A stretch of DNA of 64,000 nt from Planktothrix sp. GU0601_MAG3 (GCA_035193785.1 CP136572.1:3284578-3348577), one strand, 5' to 3'; numbered from the stretch's first letter, positions 37,106 to 48,731 are shown. Notes: generated from the sequence alone by a model not told the origin. A program made the numbers and translations.

Positions 37106-37298
37106 ATGAAAAATGATTTTGTCAGCAAAGGTAGATCTGTTAGCGATCTAAAGGTTTCACTTGGTTTTGACGACCAAATACAGACGGAGGGTTTTTACTC
37201 TTGAAATGCTGAATCGGCTGCATGAAATCCTTGAAGAATTACTTCAAAAGTGGGATTGTAAATTAATTGAGTTTAATGGTGAAGATGATCATGTTCAT
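37106..37298 (+). pseudogene. tnpA: Truncated IS200-type TnpA (Y1); ends right after HUH, catalytic Tyr half missing
   Basis: Reconstructed MKNDFVSKGRSVSDLKVHLVLTTKYRR...GEDDHVH then runs directly into the IS end. Confidence 0.85.
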
Positions 37299-37648
37299 CA
37301 ATTTATCCAACGCTGCCCTATCGGGTCAGTCGTGGGGCTTCTTGCGGAAGAAGCTAAAATTGTAAAAATTATCATTATGGAATCACATTATGGAATCAAA
37401 GGAATTAAGTAGTTGCACAAAATAAATTACCTAGTTGAGAGGGGGAACACCTGATCTGGAAACAGGGAAGAGGATTTGTAATTAATTTTTTTTAGGTACT
37501 TATATTAGAATTTTTTTTGAGGATGGGATGAAACTGCTCCTACTACTACTGATAAAGGATTAGACTGTCTGGGTTAGGATTTTATCCTTTAGGATGACAA
37601 CTGGGCTAAATTAAGAGTAGGTAATCCGATCGCAGGAGTAAAAAATCT

Positions 37649-38038
37649 ATGACTGACACTACAGTGGCTCTGACTCAACTCAAAGCCGCCGAGAAACGGG
37701 AAATTGGGGTCTACCTGCCCTACTATGACGAGAAGAAGCGGAAATACTTACCCTATTCGATTAGTCTCTATAAAGAAAAAAGTTTGGAAGGCGCTCGCAA
37801 TATTGATGGTGGGGATGGCATTCCCTTTGTGGCAACCTGGAATACTTCCTCTTTACCCGCCGATTTAACCCGTTGTCGGGTACAGTTTGATGGCAATGCC
37901 GATCTCAGTTATGAAGTGATCCTGTGTAACCATGAATTTATTAAGTATTTAATTGAAGTTCTGCAAAATTTTAGCCGAACTCGTACCGTTGATTTTTCTC
38001 AAGAGTTCTACAAGAAACTTTTGCATTTGGATCATTAA
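37649..38038 (+). CDS. ebsA: Type IV pilus/biofilm protein EbsA
   Basis: VYLPYY, LEGARNI, PFVATW, LPADLTRCRVQFD, DFSQEFYKKLL. Confidence 0.8.
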   Translation: MTDTTVALTQLKAAEKREIGVYLPYYDEKKRKYLPYSISLYKEKSLEGARNIDGGDGIPFVATWNTSSLPADLTRCRVQFDGNADLSYEVILCNHEFIKYLIEVLQNFSRTRTVDFSQEFYKKLLHLDH

Positions 38039-38202
38039 ATAAGGATTCACTCTACAATAGAAAGGCTACTGTTAAACCGTATCAATTTCCTTGAAAATCG
38101 TTAACCCTTTCACTGATTACTGATCGGTGATGAGTTGAGTCTAACGTGGGAAAATGTCGTAATTTTTTGAATTAATCGATAACAAATTGAGGAGTAAATT
38201 TC

Positions 38203-39297
38203 GTGACTGAGTTTGGAAAGTCTATATTAATCGGGTCAACGGAGCCTTACACCGGCAAGTCAGCAATTGCCCTGGGTCTGGGTCATCTGTTCCAGGAACA
38301 AGGGTTAAAGATAGTTTATGGTAAGCCTTTGGCTACCGATGCCAGTGATGAGGATGAATCCTTTGATGCCGATCTTCAGTTTGTGGCCCAAACCTTAAAA
38401 TTATCTCAAGAGCAATTGCTCTTGCCGATTTTAACCCTAGATGAAACCACAATTCATCGGCGCTTACAGGGGGAAGATCCGGCTAAATATAGTGAATCCC
38501 TGACTTCCTATCAACAAACACCCCCGGCTGATTTGATTCTACTCGAAGGGCCAAGAAATTTACAAGAGGGGCTGTTATTTGGTTTATCTGTTCCCCAAAT
38601 CGCGGATCAACTAGATGCGTCAGTTTTGTTGGTGGCGCGTTTGCATTCTCATTTGGCATTAGATGATTTACTGTACGCTCAACAACGTTTAGGCGATCGC
38701 TTATTAGGTATTATTATTAATGATGTTCCCCCCGAAGAACTAGAAACTACAACTACTCGTATCCAACCCTTTTTGGAAGCACAAGGGATTCCGGTATTTG
38801 GAGTTTTACCCAGAAATCCTATTCTTCGCAGTGTCACGGTTAAAGAGTTAGTTAAACAGTTGAAAGCCCAGGTGCTTTGTGGTCGGGAACGCTTAGATTT
38901 GATGGTAGAAAGTCTAAGTGTTGGGGCGATGAATGTGAGTTCAGCAATGAAGTATTTTGATAAATCCGTAAATATGGCTGTGGTTACCGGGGGTGACCGC
39001 ACGGATATTCAACTGGCGGCTTTAGAAAAGTCTACCCACTGTTTAATTCTAACGGGTCAACTGCCCCCGGCACCTATGGTATTAAGTCGGGCTGAAGATT
39101 TAGAAGTTCCAGTCCTTTCAGTTGATTTAGACACCTTAGCAACGGTGGAAATTATTGATCGGACTTTTGGTCAAGTTCGTCTCCATGAACCGATCAAAGT
39201 TGCTGCGGTGAATCAACTCATGGAAAAACATTTTGAACTGGATCGTTTTATCCAATGGTTAGGAATTTCCTTGCCTGTGTCAGCACGGAGGAAGTGA
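38203..39297 (+). CDS. Phosphotransacetylase N-terminal-like (BioD/AAA_26 + DRTGG) protein
   Basis: STEPYTGKS, YGKP, LLEG, VGAM, VTGGDRTDIQLAALE. Confidence 0.88.
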   Translation: MTEFGKSILIGSTEPYTGKSAIALGLGHLFQEQGLKIVYGKPLATDASDEDESFDADLQFVAQTLKLSQEQLLLPILTLDETTIHRRLQGEDPAKYSESLTSYQQTPPADLILLEGPRNLQEGLLFGLSVPQIADQLDASVLLVARLHSHLALDDLLYAQQRLGDRLLGIIINDVPPEELETTTTRIQPFLEAQGIPVFGVLPRNPILRSVTVKELVKQLKAQVLCGRERLDLMVESLSVGAMNVSSAMKYFDKSVNMAVVTGGDRTDIQLAALEKSTHCLILTGQLPPAPMVLSRAEDLEVPVLSVDLDTLATVEIIDRTFGQVRLHEPIKVAAVNQLMEKHFELDRFIQWLGISLPVSARRK

Positions 39298-39394
39298 ACT
39301 ACTCACCGCTAACCTGGAGTATCAGGTATAGCGGTAAGAATAAAGAAAAGAAGTTCTTCTATCTGTTACTGATTCTTGATTCTACCCACCCTCA

Positions 39395-41138
39395 TTAAGC
39401 AGCTAATGGGGGAACCGTTTGAACCCATCCAGGTTGTTGAACTTCTCGTAACACATAATTACCCGGGGGAACGTTAGTAAAGGTATAACTACCATTTACT
39501 CCCGTTACGGTTGTGGGTTCCGTGGGGTCAACAACGCCGTTACCATTGGCATCAATATAAATTGTCCACCCCTGCAAAGGGGTTTCACCCGCATTAAACA
39601 CACCATTGGCATTCGCATCATTGAACTTTATGCCGCTGATGGAACCGAATTGACGGTTGCCAAAGTTGACGACAGCATTCGTGCCACCGGTAATGCCAAC
39701 GGGGCCAGGATTGGGGGTCGTTTGTGTCCATCCAGTTTGCTGTACTTCCCGCAGGGTATAATTTCCTACCGGAACGTTAGCAAAGGAGTAGCGACCATTC
39801 GCACCTGTGACGGCGGCTGCTTCTGTGGCTTCAAGCGTGCCATTGCCGTTGGCATCAATAAAAATCGTCCACCCGGGTAGGGGGGGTTCACCCGCATCCA
39901 GTAGGGCGTTACCATTGGTATCACTGAACTTTAAACCTGTGATAGTTCCCAATTGGTTGTTACCAAAGTTAATTCCGGTGATATTAGCTCCCCCGGTTAG
40001 ATTCACCGGGCCAGGGTTGGGGGTGGTTTGTTTCCATCCGGGTTGTTGGACTTCTCGAACACTATAGTTACCCGGGGCAATATTGGCGAAAGCATAAGTA
40101 CCCGTGGCATTGGTTACCGCAGTTGGTTTCTGTGGCTTCCAAGGTTCCATTGCCATTGGCATCAATAAAAATCGTCCATCCGGCTAGACCTACTTCCCCG
40201 GTATCAAAGGTAGCATTACTATTGAGGTCATTAAATTTGACCCCACTTATGGAACCAAACTGACGGTTACCAAAGTTAATAATGGCATTAGTTCCACCCG
40301 TGACTCCGATGGCTCCGGGGTTTGGTGTGGTTTGTGTCCATCCTGATTGCTGTACTTCTCGAATGGTATAACTACCCGGTGGAAGATTGGCGAAGGTGTA
40401 ACGACCATCGGTGCCTGTCACGGCTCTTCCCTCTCCGGCATCGAGGACGCCATTAGCATTGCCATCGGCAAAAATTGTCCAGCCCTGTAATGGGGTTTCC
40501 CCGGCATCAAGTAGGGCGTTACCGTTATTATCGTTGAATTTAATCCCTGTAATCGAGCCAGATTGATTGTTACCAAAGTTAATTCCAGCAATATTGCCAC
40601 CTCCAGTGACGCTTACTGGGGCTGGGTTAACCGTGGTTTGTACCCATCCGGCTTGCTGTACTTCTCGGATGGTATAGTTGCCTGGAGTTAAGTTGCTGAA
40701 GGCATAAGCACCCGTGGCATTGGTTACCGTGCTGGGTTCCGTTGCTTCCCGGGTTCCGTTATTATTGGAATCAATAAAGATAGTCCATCCGGCTAAGGCG
40801 GGTTCCCCTGCCGTTAGCAGGCTATCACGATTGAGATCGTTAAATTTAATTCCACTGATGGAGCCTAATTGAGTATTCCCGAAGTTCACACCGCTGAGGT
40901 TTTGTCCTGAAGCCACTGCCACGGGAGCCGGGTTTTGAAGACCTTCCCTAGTAATAGTATCGATATCAGGGTCTACAGGTACGGTGAGATCCTGGATTTC
41001 TGGTATGGTAACTAGGATCGCAGGAACCAGGGTACTAGCACTCAAACCCAGCGAAGGGGGCAGTTTCAATGGTTGCTCTCCACTGAAAAGGGGAATCGCG
41101 CTAGAGGATGGTGAATCAAGTGAAAATGCAGCGTCCAT
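39395..41138 (-). CDS. SdrD-B-like repeat protein with about 5 modules (break at 40126-40130)
   Basis: Repeated GSISGIKFND.N.N...D.GE..L.GWTIFID.N.NG..Y.F.N..PG.Y..REVQQ.GW.QT..NFGN. Confidence 0.85.
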
Positions 41139-41471
41139 AAAATAAATTGTCCTTTTATGACTTTATGACCAGTAATTGACGACTCTTTATGGTTTTTCGG
41201 GTAAAAACCGAGAATCTGGCTATCATGCTATCCTATATTTTGATTTTCATCTAGTTCAGAAGTCAGAGAATTAAATTTCAAGAGAGGGAACACCGGATCA
41301 GTGAATCTTGCTACAGTTATAGACTCTTGTGATTTATCAATCAGAGAAATTCATTGTTTTTGATAACTTTTTGTGTCAAATCTTAACATTTTTTAGCAGT
41401 TACCTATCCTGGTAAAGATGCTATGGGTTGGAATTTATGGTAGTTTTGTAAAAATAAAAAATTAACCCAAT

Positions 41472-42987
41472 ATGGCAATATTATTTCAACGTTCTAGTGG
41501 AGTTTTACTTCATCCCACCTCTTTTCCCAGTCAACATGGAATTGGAGATCTAGGAAAATCCGCTTATGAATTTATTGATTTTTTGCAACAAAGTGGTTAT
41601 AAATTGTGGCAAATATTACCTCTGGGGCCAACAGGAGAAGAACATTCTCCCTATATTATGAATTATAGTACCTTTGCGGGTAATCCGTTAATGATTAGTT
41701 TAGAAGAACTAGCCCAAGAAGGATTATTAGAAGCTGAAGAAATTATTCCGTTAGGGTCGAAAGACTCTGACAAGGTTGATTTTGAAGCGGTTATTCCCCA
41801 CAAAACCTTATATCTCAAAAAAGCCTATACTCGCTTTCAAGAAAAATTAGACCAAAACCTTTTTCCTGACTTTGAAAAATTCTGTCAAAAACACGCCTAT
41901 TGGTTAGATGATTATGCCTTATTTATGGCTTTATTAGAAGCCCATGGGGGTCAAGGTTGGAATCGTTGGGAACCCGCTTTAGCCCATCGAGATCCCGATG
42001 CCTTAAAAGTCAAAACCGAAGAATTAAAAGAACCCATAGCCTATCAAAAATTTCTGCAATTTATCTTTTTTAAACAATGGGAAAAATTGCGTCAATATGC
42101 TAATCAAAAAGGCATAAAAATTATTGGAGATATTTCTATTTATGTATGTTATAATAGTGTCGAAGTTTGGTCAAATCCCAATTTATTTCAACTAGATTCT
42201 GAAACTTTAGAACCCATTTATATTGCCGGAGTTCCCCCGGATTTCTTTAGTGAAACCGGACAATTATGGGGGAATCCGATTTATAATTGGGAGGAACTAC
42301 AAAACACAAAATTTGCTTGGTGGATTGAACGATTTAAAGCTACTTTGGAATATGCAGATTATGTTCGGATTGATCATTTTCGAGCCTTTGAAGCCTATTG
42401 GCAGGTTTCCTGGGGATGAAAAAAATGCGATTAAGGGTGAATGGATTAAAGCCCCGGGTTATGAATTTTTTGATACTCTCCAACAACAGTTAGGAGATTT
42501 ACCGATTTTAGCAGAAGATTTAGGAATTATTACTCCAGAAGTGGAACAATTGCGAGATCATTATAATTTCCCAGGAATGAAAATTTTACAATTTGCCTTT
42601 GGTGGGGATGCCAATAATGTTTATCTTCCCCATAATTATATGCAAAATTGTTTGGTTTATACGGGAACCCATGATAATGATACGGCCATCGGTTGGTGGG
42701 AAACTGCCAGTCCCGCAGAAAAACAGCATTTTGCGGAATATTTGGGTTATGCTTCTCCCGATGAAATCACTAATATTAATTGGGTGTTAATTCGTTTAGC
42801 CTTAAGTTCCCTGGCTAGTTTAGCGATTATTCCTCTCCAGGATATTCTTAATTTAGGGCATGATGCCAGAATGAATGATCCGAGTCATAATGATGGAAAT
42901 TGGCGCTGGCGTTATCAAAGTTCGGAATTATTAACCAAGGAATTAAGCGATCGCTTATTCAAGTCAAATCAACTTTATGGTCGATAA
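41472..42987 (+). CDS. malQ: 4-alpha-glucanotransferase (break at 42405-42409)
   Basis: GVLLHPTS, WQILPL, GQLWGNP, RIDHFR, AEDLG, YTGTHDN. Confidence 0.95.
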
Positions 42988-43376
42988 GTGACATTTTTTA
43001 AATAATAGAAGTGCTAGATACAAAATCTTTTTGCACATTTTACCTTGAGCCATGCTACAGTCTCAGTTTGTCCTATACCCAAGTTGGGAGTGGTTGAGGT
43101 TCGGATGCACCGAACCATACCTGAAGGATTTACCCTCAAAAAGTTTTTACTCGTAGGGGCGGGTTCTGTAGTAAATTATGATACTTACAGATAACTTTGA
43201 TAAACCCGCCCTCTTTCCACGATCACTCCCGTAAATGCCAGTTTTTTAATAAATTCTTATATCACAAAGCACAAATAATTAGTAAAATTTATGTCGTTAA
43301 CTATACTCAATTCATGTTTATACTGAGTATAATCATGGGTGGTAGTATTTTTTTTAGTCAGACAAGGAGGTTTTCA

Positions 43377-43746
43377 ATGACAAGGAGGTCTTCAATGAGA
43401 AATGAGCTAATTGCAGAAATGGCTAATGCTGCCGGATCTGCGTTGGGTAGAAACAATCGCTAATGCGGCGGGATCTGCGTTAGTAGGTTCAACAATCACT
43501 ACTGCCGCGGGATCTGCGTTAGGCAGTTCGATTGTTGTTGCTACAGTACCTACAACTGTTACATCTGTAGTATCTGCTGGTGGTGTTGCAGGTTTTTTTG
43601 GTTTTACAACAACTGTTACATCTATAGTAGCTGCTCCAGTTACTGTACCAATTGGGGGAGTTATAGCAGTAGGAGCTTTACTCACCTATGGAGGACTGAA
43701 AACTTATAAGTTGTTAAATCGTCAAGACGTACAAAACGAAGCCTAA
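43377..43746 (+). CDS. Small hydrophobic Ala/Gly/Thr/Val-rich protein (break at 43450-43454; start 43377 or 43395)
   Basis: Strong AAGGAGG RBS; three AAGSAL repeats; hydrophobic C-terminal half. Confidence 0.6.
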
Positions 43747-43895
43747 ATTTTAAAATCAAGTGGGGATAGGGCAGGTTTTGATAATTTGTTTGTGGGTAGC
43801 AAATATTTAGGAGAAACCCCCCTAAAAATATTAACAAAAAAAAATACCGTCCTCAACTCAAGTTAACGACGGCGTGGGGGGATGGAATCTTGTTT

Positions 43896-44553
43896 TTAGC
43901 GACGAATATCCATTAAATTAGCATTAACCATTGTGGTATTTTCTAAGGTCGCTCCGGCTAAATCTGAAGCGGTTAAATTTGCACCCGTGAGATTAGCATT
44001 AGTTAAATCGGCATCGCGTAAATTAACACCACTGATATCAAATCCATATAAACTACCTTCTTGTAGCTTCACTTGACCTAAAGTAGTAACAGATTGTTGA
44101 GCATTTCTGAGGTTAGCACCCGTTAAATCTGCACTCTCTAAATTTGCTCCGATTAGATTAGCATGACTCAAGTTAGCATAGTTTAAATTAGCAATTACTA
44201 GACCCGCTAAACTCAGGTTAGCATGACTTAAATTAGATTTTTCTAAATTAGCGCCATGTAATTTAGCTGCAACCAGATTAGCACCCTGTAAGTTAGCTTC
44301 GGTCAATACAGCCCGATTAAAATTCACTTCATTTAGATTAGCACCCTGTAAATTAGTGCCTTTTAAGTTGGCATCTCGGAGATTAGCACCCTGAAGATTC
44401 AAACCTGCCAACTGGGCGCTACTGAGGTCGCATCCAGGGCAGTTTTTGGTTTCCAATAGCTGCTTGAGATGGGCGGGGTTTCTCAGCCTGAGCGGGAACA
44501 GTTAAACCCAAGATCATCATCACTACTGTGGTGGCTACTGTTGCGAATTTCAT
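43896..44553 (-). CDS. Pentapeptide-repeat protein with signal peptide (break at 44478-44482)
   Basis: Reconstructed AQAENPAHLKQLLETKNCPGCDL, A(N/D)LxG repeats. Confidence 0.9.
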
Positions 44554-44703
44554 ACCCACACCCTCAAAAAACTTTATCTTCTACATCATCTTTTATTATC
44601 GGGCATTAGGGTATGCGTGGAATCCCCGTTGTCTGTGATATTATTTTGATCCCTGTGTGACGGAAATCACTGAGAAAAACCGTTACTGTTGATACAGTCC
44701 CCT

Positions 44704-45769
44704 CTAAACCACAAGCTTTCGGATTAAATCCCCTAATTGTTCTGCACTGTTGGTGATGGCGACGGAGGCGGCGGCTTGGGCCATTTGTTGCAACTGTTCC
44801 GGTGATTTTAGTAGATACAAAACTTTACTTCCTAACAAGTCTGCGGTCAAGTCTTTTTGTTGAAATACCCAAGCCGCACCCGCCGCGGCAAAAACCTTGG
44901 CGTTATAGGTTTGATGGTCTTCGGCGGCAAAGGGATAGGGAATTAAAATTGAAGGAGTATGGGTAATGGCTAATTCCGTTAAGGTTCCTGCCCCAGCCCG
45001 ACTCACGGCTAAAGTCGCCCGTTGAAACAGGGCCGCCATATCGTTATAAAAGGGCATTTTGATATAGTGAGGATGGTTTAAGGCTTCCACGTCGGGGTCA
45101 TTATTTCCCGTTAGGTGGACGACCCACGCCCCGGCTGCAAACCAAGTGGGAGCAGCCTCTCGGACTAATTTATTCACACTTACCGCCCCTTGACTTCCCC
45201 CTACCACCACAACCACGGGAACATCATCGGGGAGGAAAAAAGATAGGGGGGCAGAGGTCTGGAGAAAGTTGGAACGCACGGGGGTTCCGACTACAACCGT
45301 ATTAGTACGGGGAAGGTAGGGAATGGCCGCTTCAAAACCCAAACCCACGGCATTACACCAGGGGCCAAAATTGCGGGTAACTTTTCCAGGTAGGGCGTTA
45401 GACTCATGGAGAATTACGGGCAGACCGAGGGAACGAGCCGCAATAATAGCTGGTGCGGCAATATAGCCTCCGGTGGTGAATACCCCGCGAAAGTTACCTT
45501 TTTTTAGAAGATGGCGAACTTGCACCAGGGAAACGGGCGAATTTGACTAGGATTTTGAGGGTTCCTAAACCCGGGCGTTGCTGGAAGCCTTCAACGGAGA
45601 TGGTATGGAGGGGATATTGGGGGGGGACTAATTCTCGTTCTAGGCGATCGGGAACACCTAGCCATTCTATCTCAAAATCCGACAGGTTTTCGGCGGTGGC
45701 GATCGCCGGAAATAAATGTCCACCTGTCCCACTGGCGGCAATGAGTAAGCGAATGGGTGTCTGACTCAA
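44704..45769 (-). CDS. murG: MurG GlcNAc transferase (break at 45530-45534)
   Basis: SGTGGHLFPA, GGY, HESN, GTPVR, GGSQGA, RAGAGT, HQ..NA. Confidence 0.95.
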
Positions 45770-45864
45770 GTTTTTTCCCCTAGAATCCGTTCAAATTTGT
45801 GTTACAGCTTTTTAAGTTACCATAAAACTTACAGAAAATCCCTATTCTTAATCTTGAAAATCCC

Positions 45865-46707
45865 ATGACAATTTTCCCCATAGTTCAACGACAATCTTTT
45901 CAGAACAGGTATGGTGTACAGATGCGCCATTTATGGGCAAAGCCATTATTTTCCGTAGTTCTAGGAACGATACTTTGGGGAATGGGTACGGGAATTTCCC
46001 CACGGGCGAATGCTGAGACCCCAGAAACGGCCCCCGCCAATGTGACTAATCTTTTAAATCAAATTGATACCGCCGCTAATCGTCAAGATGTGGAAAAGGT
46101 CATGGGTTTTTATGGCTCAAATTTCACTAATTCCGATGGCTTAAATTATCAAAGTTTGAGACAGGTTCTTAAAGATTTTTGGAATAGATACTCTCAGCTT
46201 AATTATCGCACAGAATTACAATCTTGGCAACAGAATGGTGATATTTTAACCACGACAACTATTACGGAAATTACCGGAAATAAAAAGATTGATAATCGCG
46301 AGTTTTCCCTAACCTCCACCATCACTTCACAGCAACAAATTCAAGGAGAAAAAATTATTAAACAGGAAATTATAGCGGAAAAAAATCAACTCACTTTAGG
46401 CAATAAACCGCCGACGGTAGTTTTTAATCTTCCAGAACAAGTCAAAGCGGGTCAGGAATTTAATATTGATGCAATTGTTCAGGAACCTTTAGAGAATGAT
46501 ATTTTAATTGGAACTGCTATTGCACAACCTGTCACCGCAGAAACCTATAACAATTCTGATCTTTTACAATTAGAATTTTTACCATCTGGCGGTGTTTTTA
46601 AAGTAGGTAAAGCCCCTGATAATGCCGGAAATAATTGGATTTCTGCTATTTTAATGCGTCAAGGAGGATTAACCTTAATCACGCAACGTTTACGAGTAGT
46701 TAAATAA
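45865..46707 (+). CDS. Exported NTF2-like hypothetical protein
   Basis: Signal peptide; IDTAAN..FY..F..SDG. Confidence 0.65.
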   Translation: MTIFPIVQRQSFQNRYGVQMRHLWAKPLFSVVLGTILWGMGTGISPRANAETPETAPANVTNLLNQIDTAANRQDVEKVMGFYGSNFTNSDGLNYQSLRQVLKDFWNRYSQLNYRTELQSWQQNGDILTTTTITEITGNKKIDNREFSLTSTITSQQQIQGEKIIKQEIIAEKNQLTLGNKPPTVVFNLPEQVKAGQEFNIDAIVQEPLENDILIGTAIAQPVTAETYNNSDLLQLEFLPSGGVFKVGKAPDNAGNNWISAILMRQGGLTLITQRLRVVK

Positions 46708-46834
46708 TCAGTCACCAGTTGTAGGGGCGGGTTCATCAAGATGCGCGGTAATTAACAAAGAACTCACAAAACCCGCCCGTACCAGTCATTAGTTTATTAC
46801 CCATTCGTAATTCGTAATTCCTAACTAATTCCCC

Positions 46835-47816
46835 ATGATTCCTTTATTAGAGGTTAAAAATCTAGCCATTCAGTTCTTTACCCTTGACGGGGTGGTTCAT
46901 GCTGTGAATGGAATTTCCTATCAAGTATATCCAGGGGAAACCCTAGGAATTGTTGGGGAGTCGGGGTCGGGAAAAAGTATTAGTGTCCTATCAATTTTAG
47001 GGTTAATTCCATCACCTCCAGGGAAAATTACCCAAGGTGAAATTTTATTTGAAGGTAAAAATTTAATTAAATTCAATCCTCAACAATTACAAAAAATTCG
47101 GGGTCGTGAAATTGCCATGGTTTTTCAAGATCCCATGACTTCCCTTAACCCCGTTTTAACTATTGGTAAACAACTGACTGAAGCCCTACAAATTCATCTT
47201 AAACTTACTTCCGAACAAGCCAAAAATCGAGCAATTCAACTGTTGAAACAGGTGGGAATTTCTAGCCCAGAAAAACGCTTAAAAAGTTATCCCCATGAAT
47301 TTTCTGGGGGAATGCGTCAACGGGTAATGATTGCCATGGGTTTAGGATGTCAACCTAAATTATTAATCGCAGATGAACCTACAACCGCCTTAGATGTAAC
47401 GGTTTCAAGCGCAGGTTGTAGAATTAGTTAAACAACTGAAAAACGAACAGGGAATGTCTGTGATTTGGATTACCCATGACTTAGCATTATTAGCAGGATT
47501 AGCCGATAGAATTATAGTCATGTATGCCGGGCAAATTGTGGAACTAGCCACGGTTCATCAACTCTATAAAAACCCTCGTCATCCCTATACTATCGGATTA
47601 TTAGAAAGTTTACCTCGATTGGATCAAATTCGTCAAGAACCATTAAAATCTATTGCTGGAATGCCACCTAATTTAATGGATTATCCCCCAGGATGTCCCT
47701 TTGCTCCGCGATGTCAATTTGCCATTGAACATTGTTTTCAAGAAAATCCTAAATTAGAATTAATTGAACCTGATCATCAAGTCGCTTGTTGGGTAATGTC
47801 TGAAATGGATTGTTAA
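46835..47816 (+). CDS. Oligopeptide/dipeptide ABC ATP-binding protein, OppD-like (break at 47402-47406)
   Basis: GESGSGKS, FQDPMTSLNP, FSGGMRQR, ADEPTTALD, HPYT, CPFAPRC. Confidence 0.92.
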
Positions 47817-47877
47817 TAAATAGTTAATTTAATATTAGTCCGCGCAGGCGGACTTCGTTTCTGTAGACGCGATTTCC

Positions 47878-48133
47878 AATCGCCGGAATCACAATTTCTA
47901 ATCACAATCGCCGGAATCACAATTTCTAATCACTAATCGCCGGAATCACAATTTCTAATCACTAATCGCCGGAATCACAATTTCTAATCACTAATCGCCG
48001 GAATCACAATTTCTAATCACTAATCGCCGGAATCACAATCGCCGGAATCACAATTTCTAATCGCTAATCGCCGGAATCACAATCGCCGGAATCACAATTT
48101 CTAATCGCTAATCGCCGGAATCACAATCGCCGG
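47878..48133. repeat. Modular tandem array of AATCGCCGGAATCAC (x10) and AATTTCTAATC(A/G)CT (x7)
   Basis: Read directly; mostly 29-bp period with A-A doublets. Confidence 0.9.
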
Positions 48134-48280
48134 GATATGATTATTGGAATATGATTATTGCGGGGTAAATCCATACCTCGGTCAATACCTTCGGTCAAAA
48201 CCTCGGCGATTGAAATCGCGTCTACACGGACAAAACCCGCCTGCGCGGGTTGAGGATAAATTTAGGATATTATAATTAAC

Positions 48281-48731
48281 ATGAGAGAAAATTTCACGCA
48301 AATGTATCTCCATTATGTCTGGGCAACCTGGGATAGATTACCTTTGATTACTCCCGATATTCAGCAAGAAATCTATGCCGTTATTATTGGAGAATGTAAA
48401 AAGTTAGAATGTACTGTAATCGCAGTTGGAGGTATAGAAGACCATGTTCACTTGCTAATAGGTTTTCCAACAACTTTAGCGGTAGCTGAAATAATTAAGC
48501 AAATTAAGGGGAGTTTCTTCTCATTTTGTAACTCACCAACTTAAACCCGGTGATTTTTTTAAGTGGCAAGGTAGCTACGGGGCGTTTACTGTTAGCCGCG
48601 ATGCTATCGACAGTGTAGCTAATTATATCAAAAATCAAGCTGTTCACCACCGTCAGCAATCAATGATTTCTGAGTGGGAATTAATTTCTAAAACTACCCC
48701 TAGTCCGCGTAGGCGGACTTCGTTTCTGTAG
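48281..48731 (+). CDS. IS200-like/RAYT Y1 HUH transposase (break at 48513-48517)
   Basis: HYVWAT, DHVHLL, reconstructed KGSSSH, WQGSYGAFTVS, NYIKNQ (catalytic Y). Confidence 0.88.

Larger units (their letters stand above)
35806..37357 (-). mobile_element. IS200/IS605-family element with tnpB and an internally deleted tnpA
   Basis: Right end ...GGTAGTTCAC at 35806 with subterminal hairpins; left-end hairpin region 37299-37357 (boundary approximate); divergent tnpA/tnpB. Confidence 0.85.

Noticed and set aside
37161..37412. 83-aa ORF as an intact TnpA
   Set aside because: After DHVH it reads through the IS end and flanking DNA; the catalytic Tyr region is absent
47878..48133. CRISPR array
   Set aside because: The sequences between repeats are identical modules rather than unique spacers, and there are no cas genes in the window
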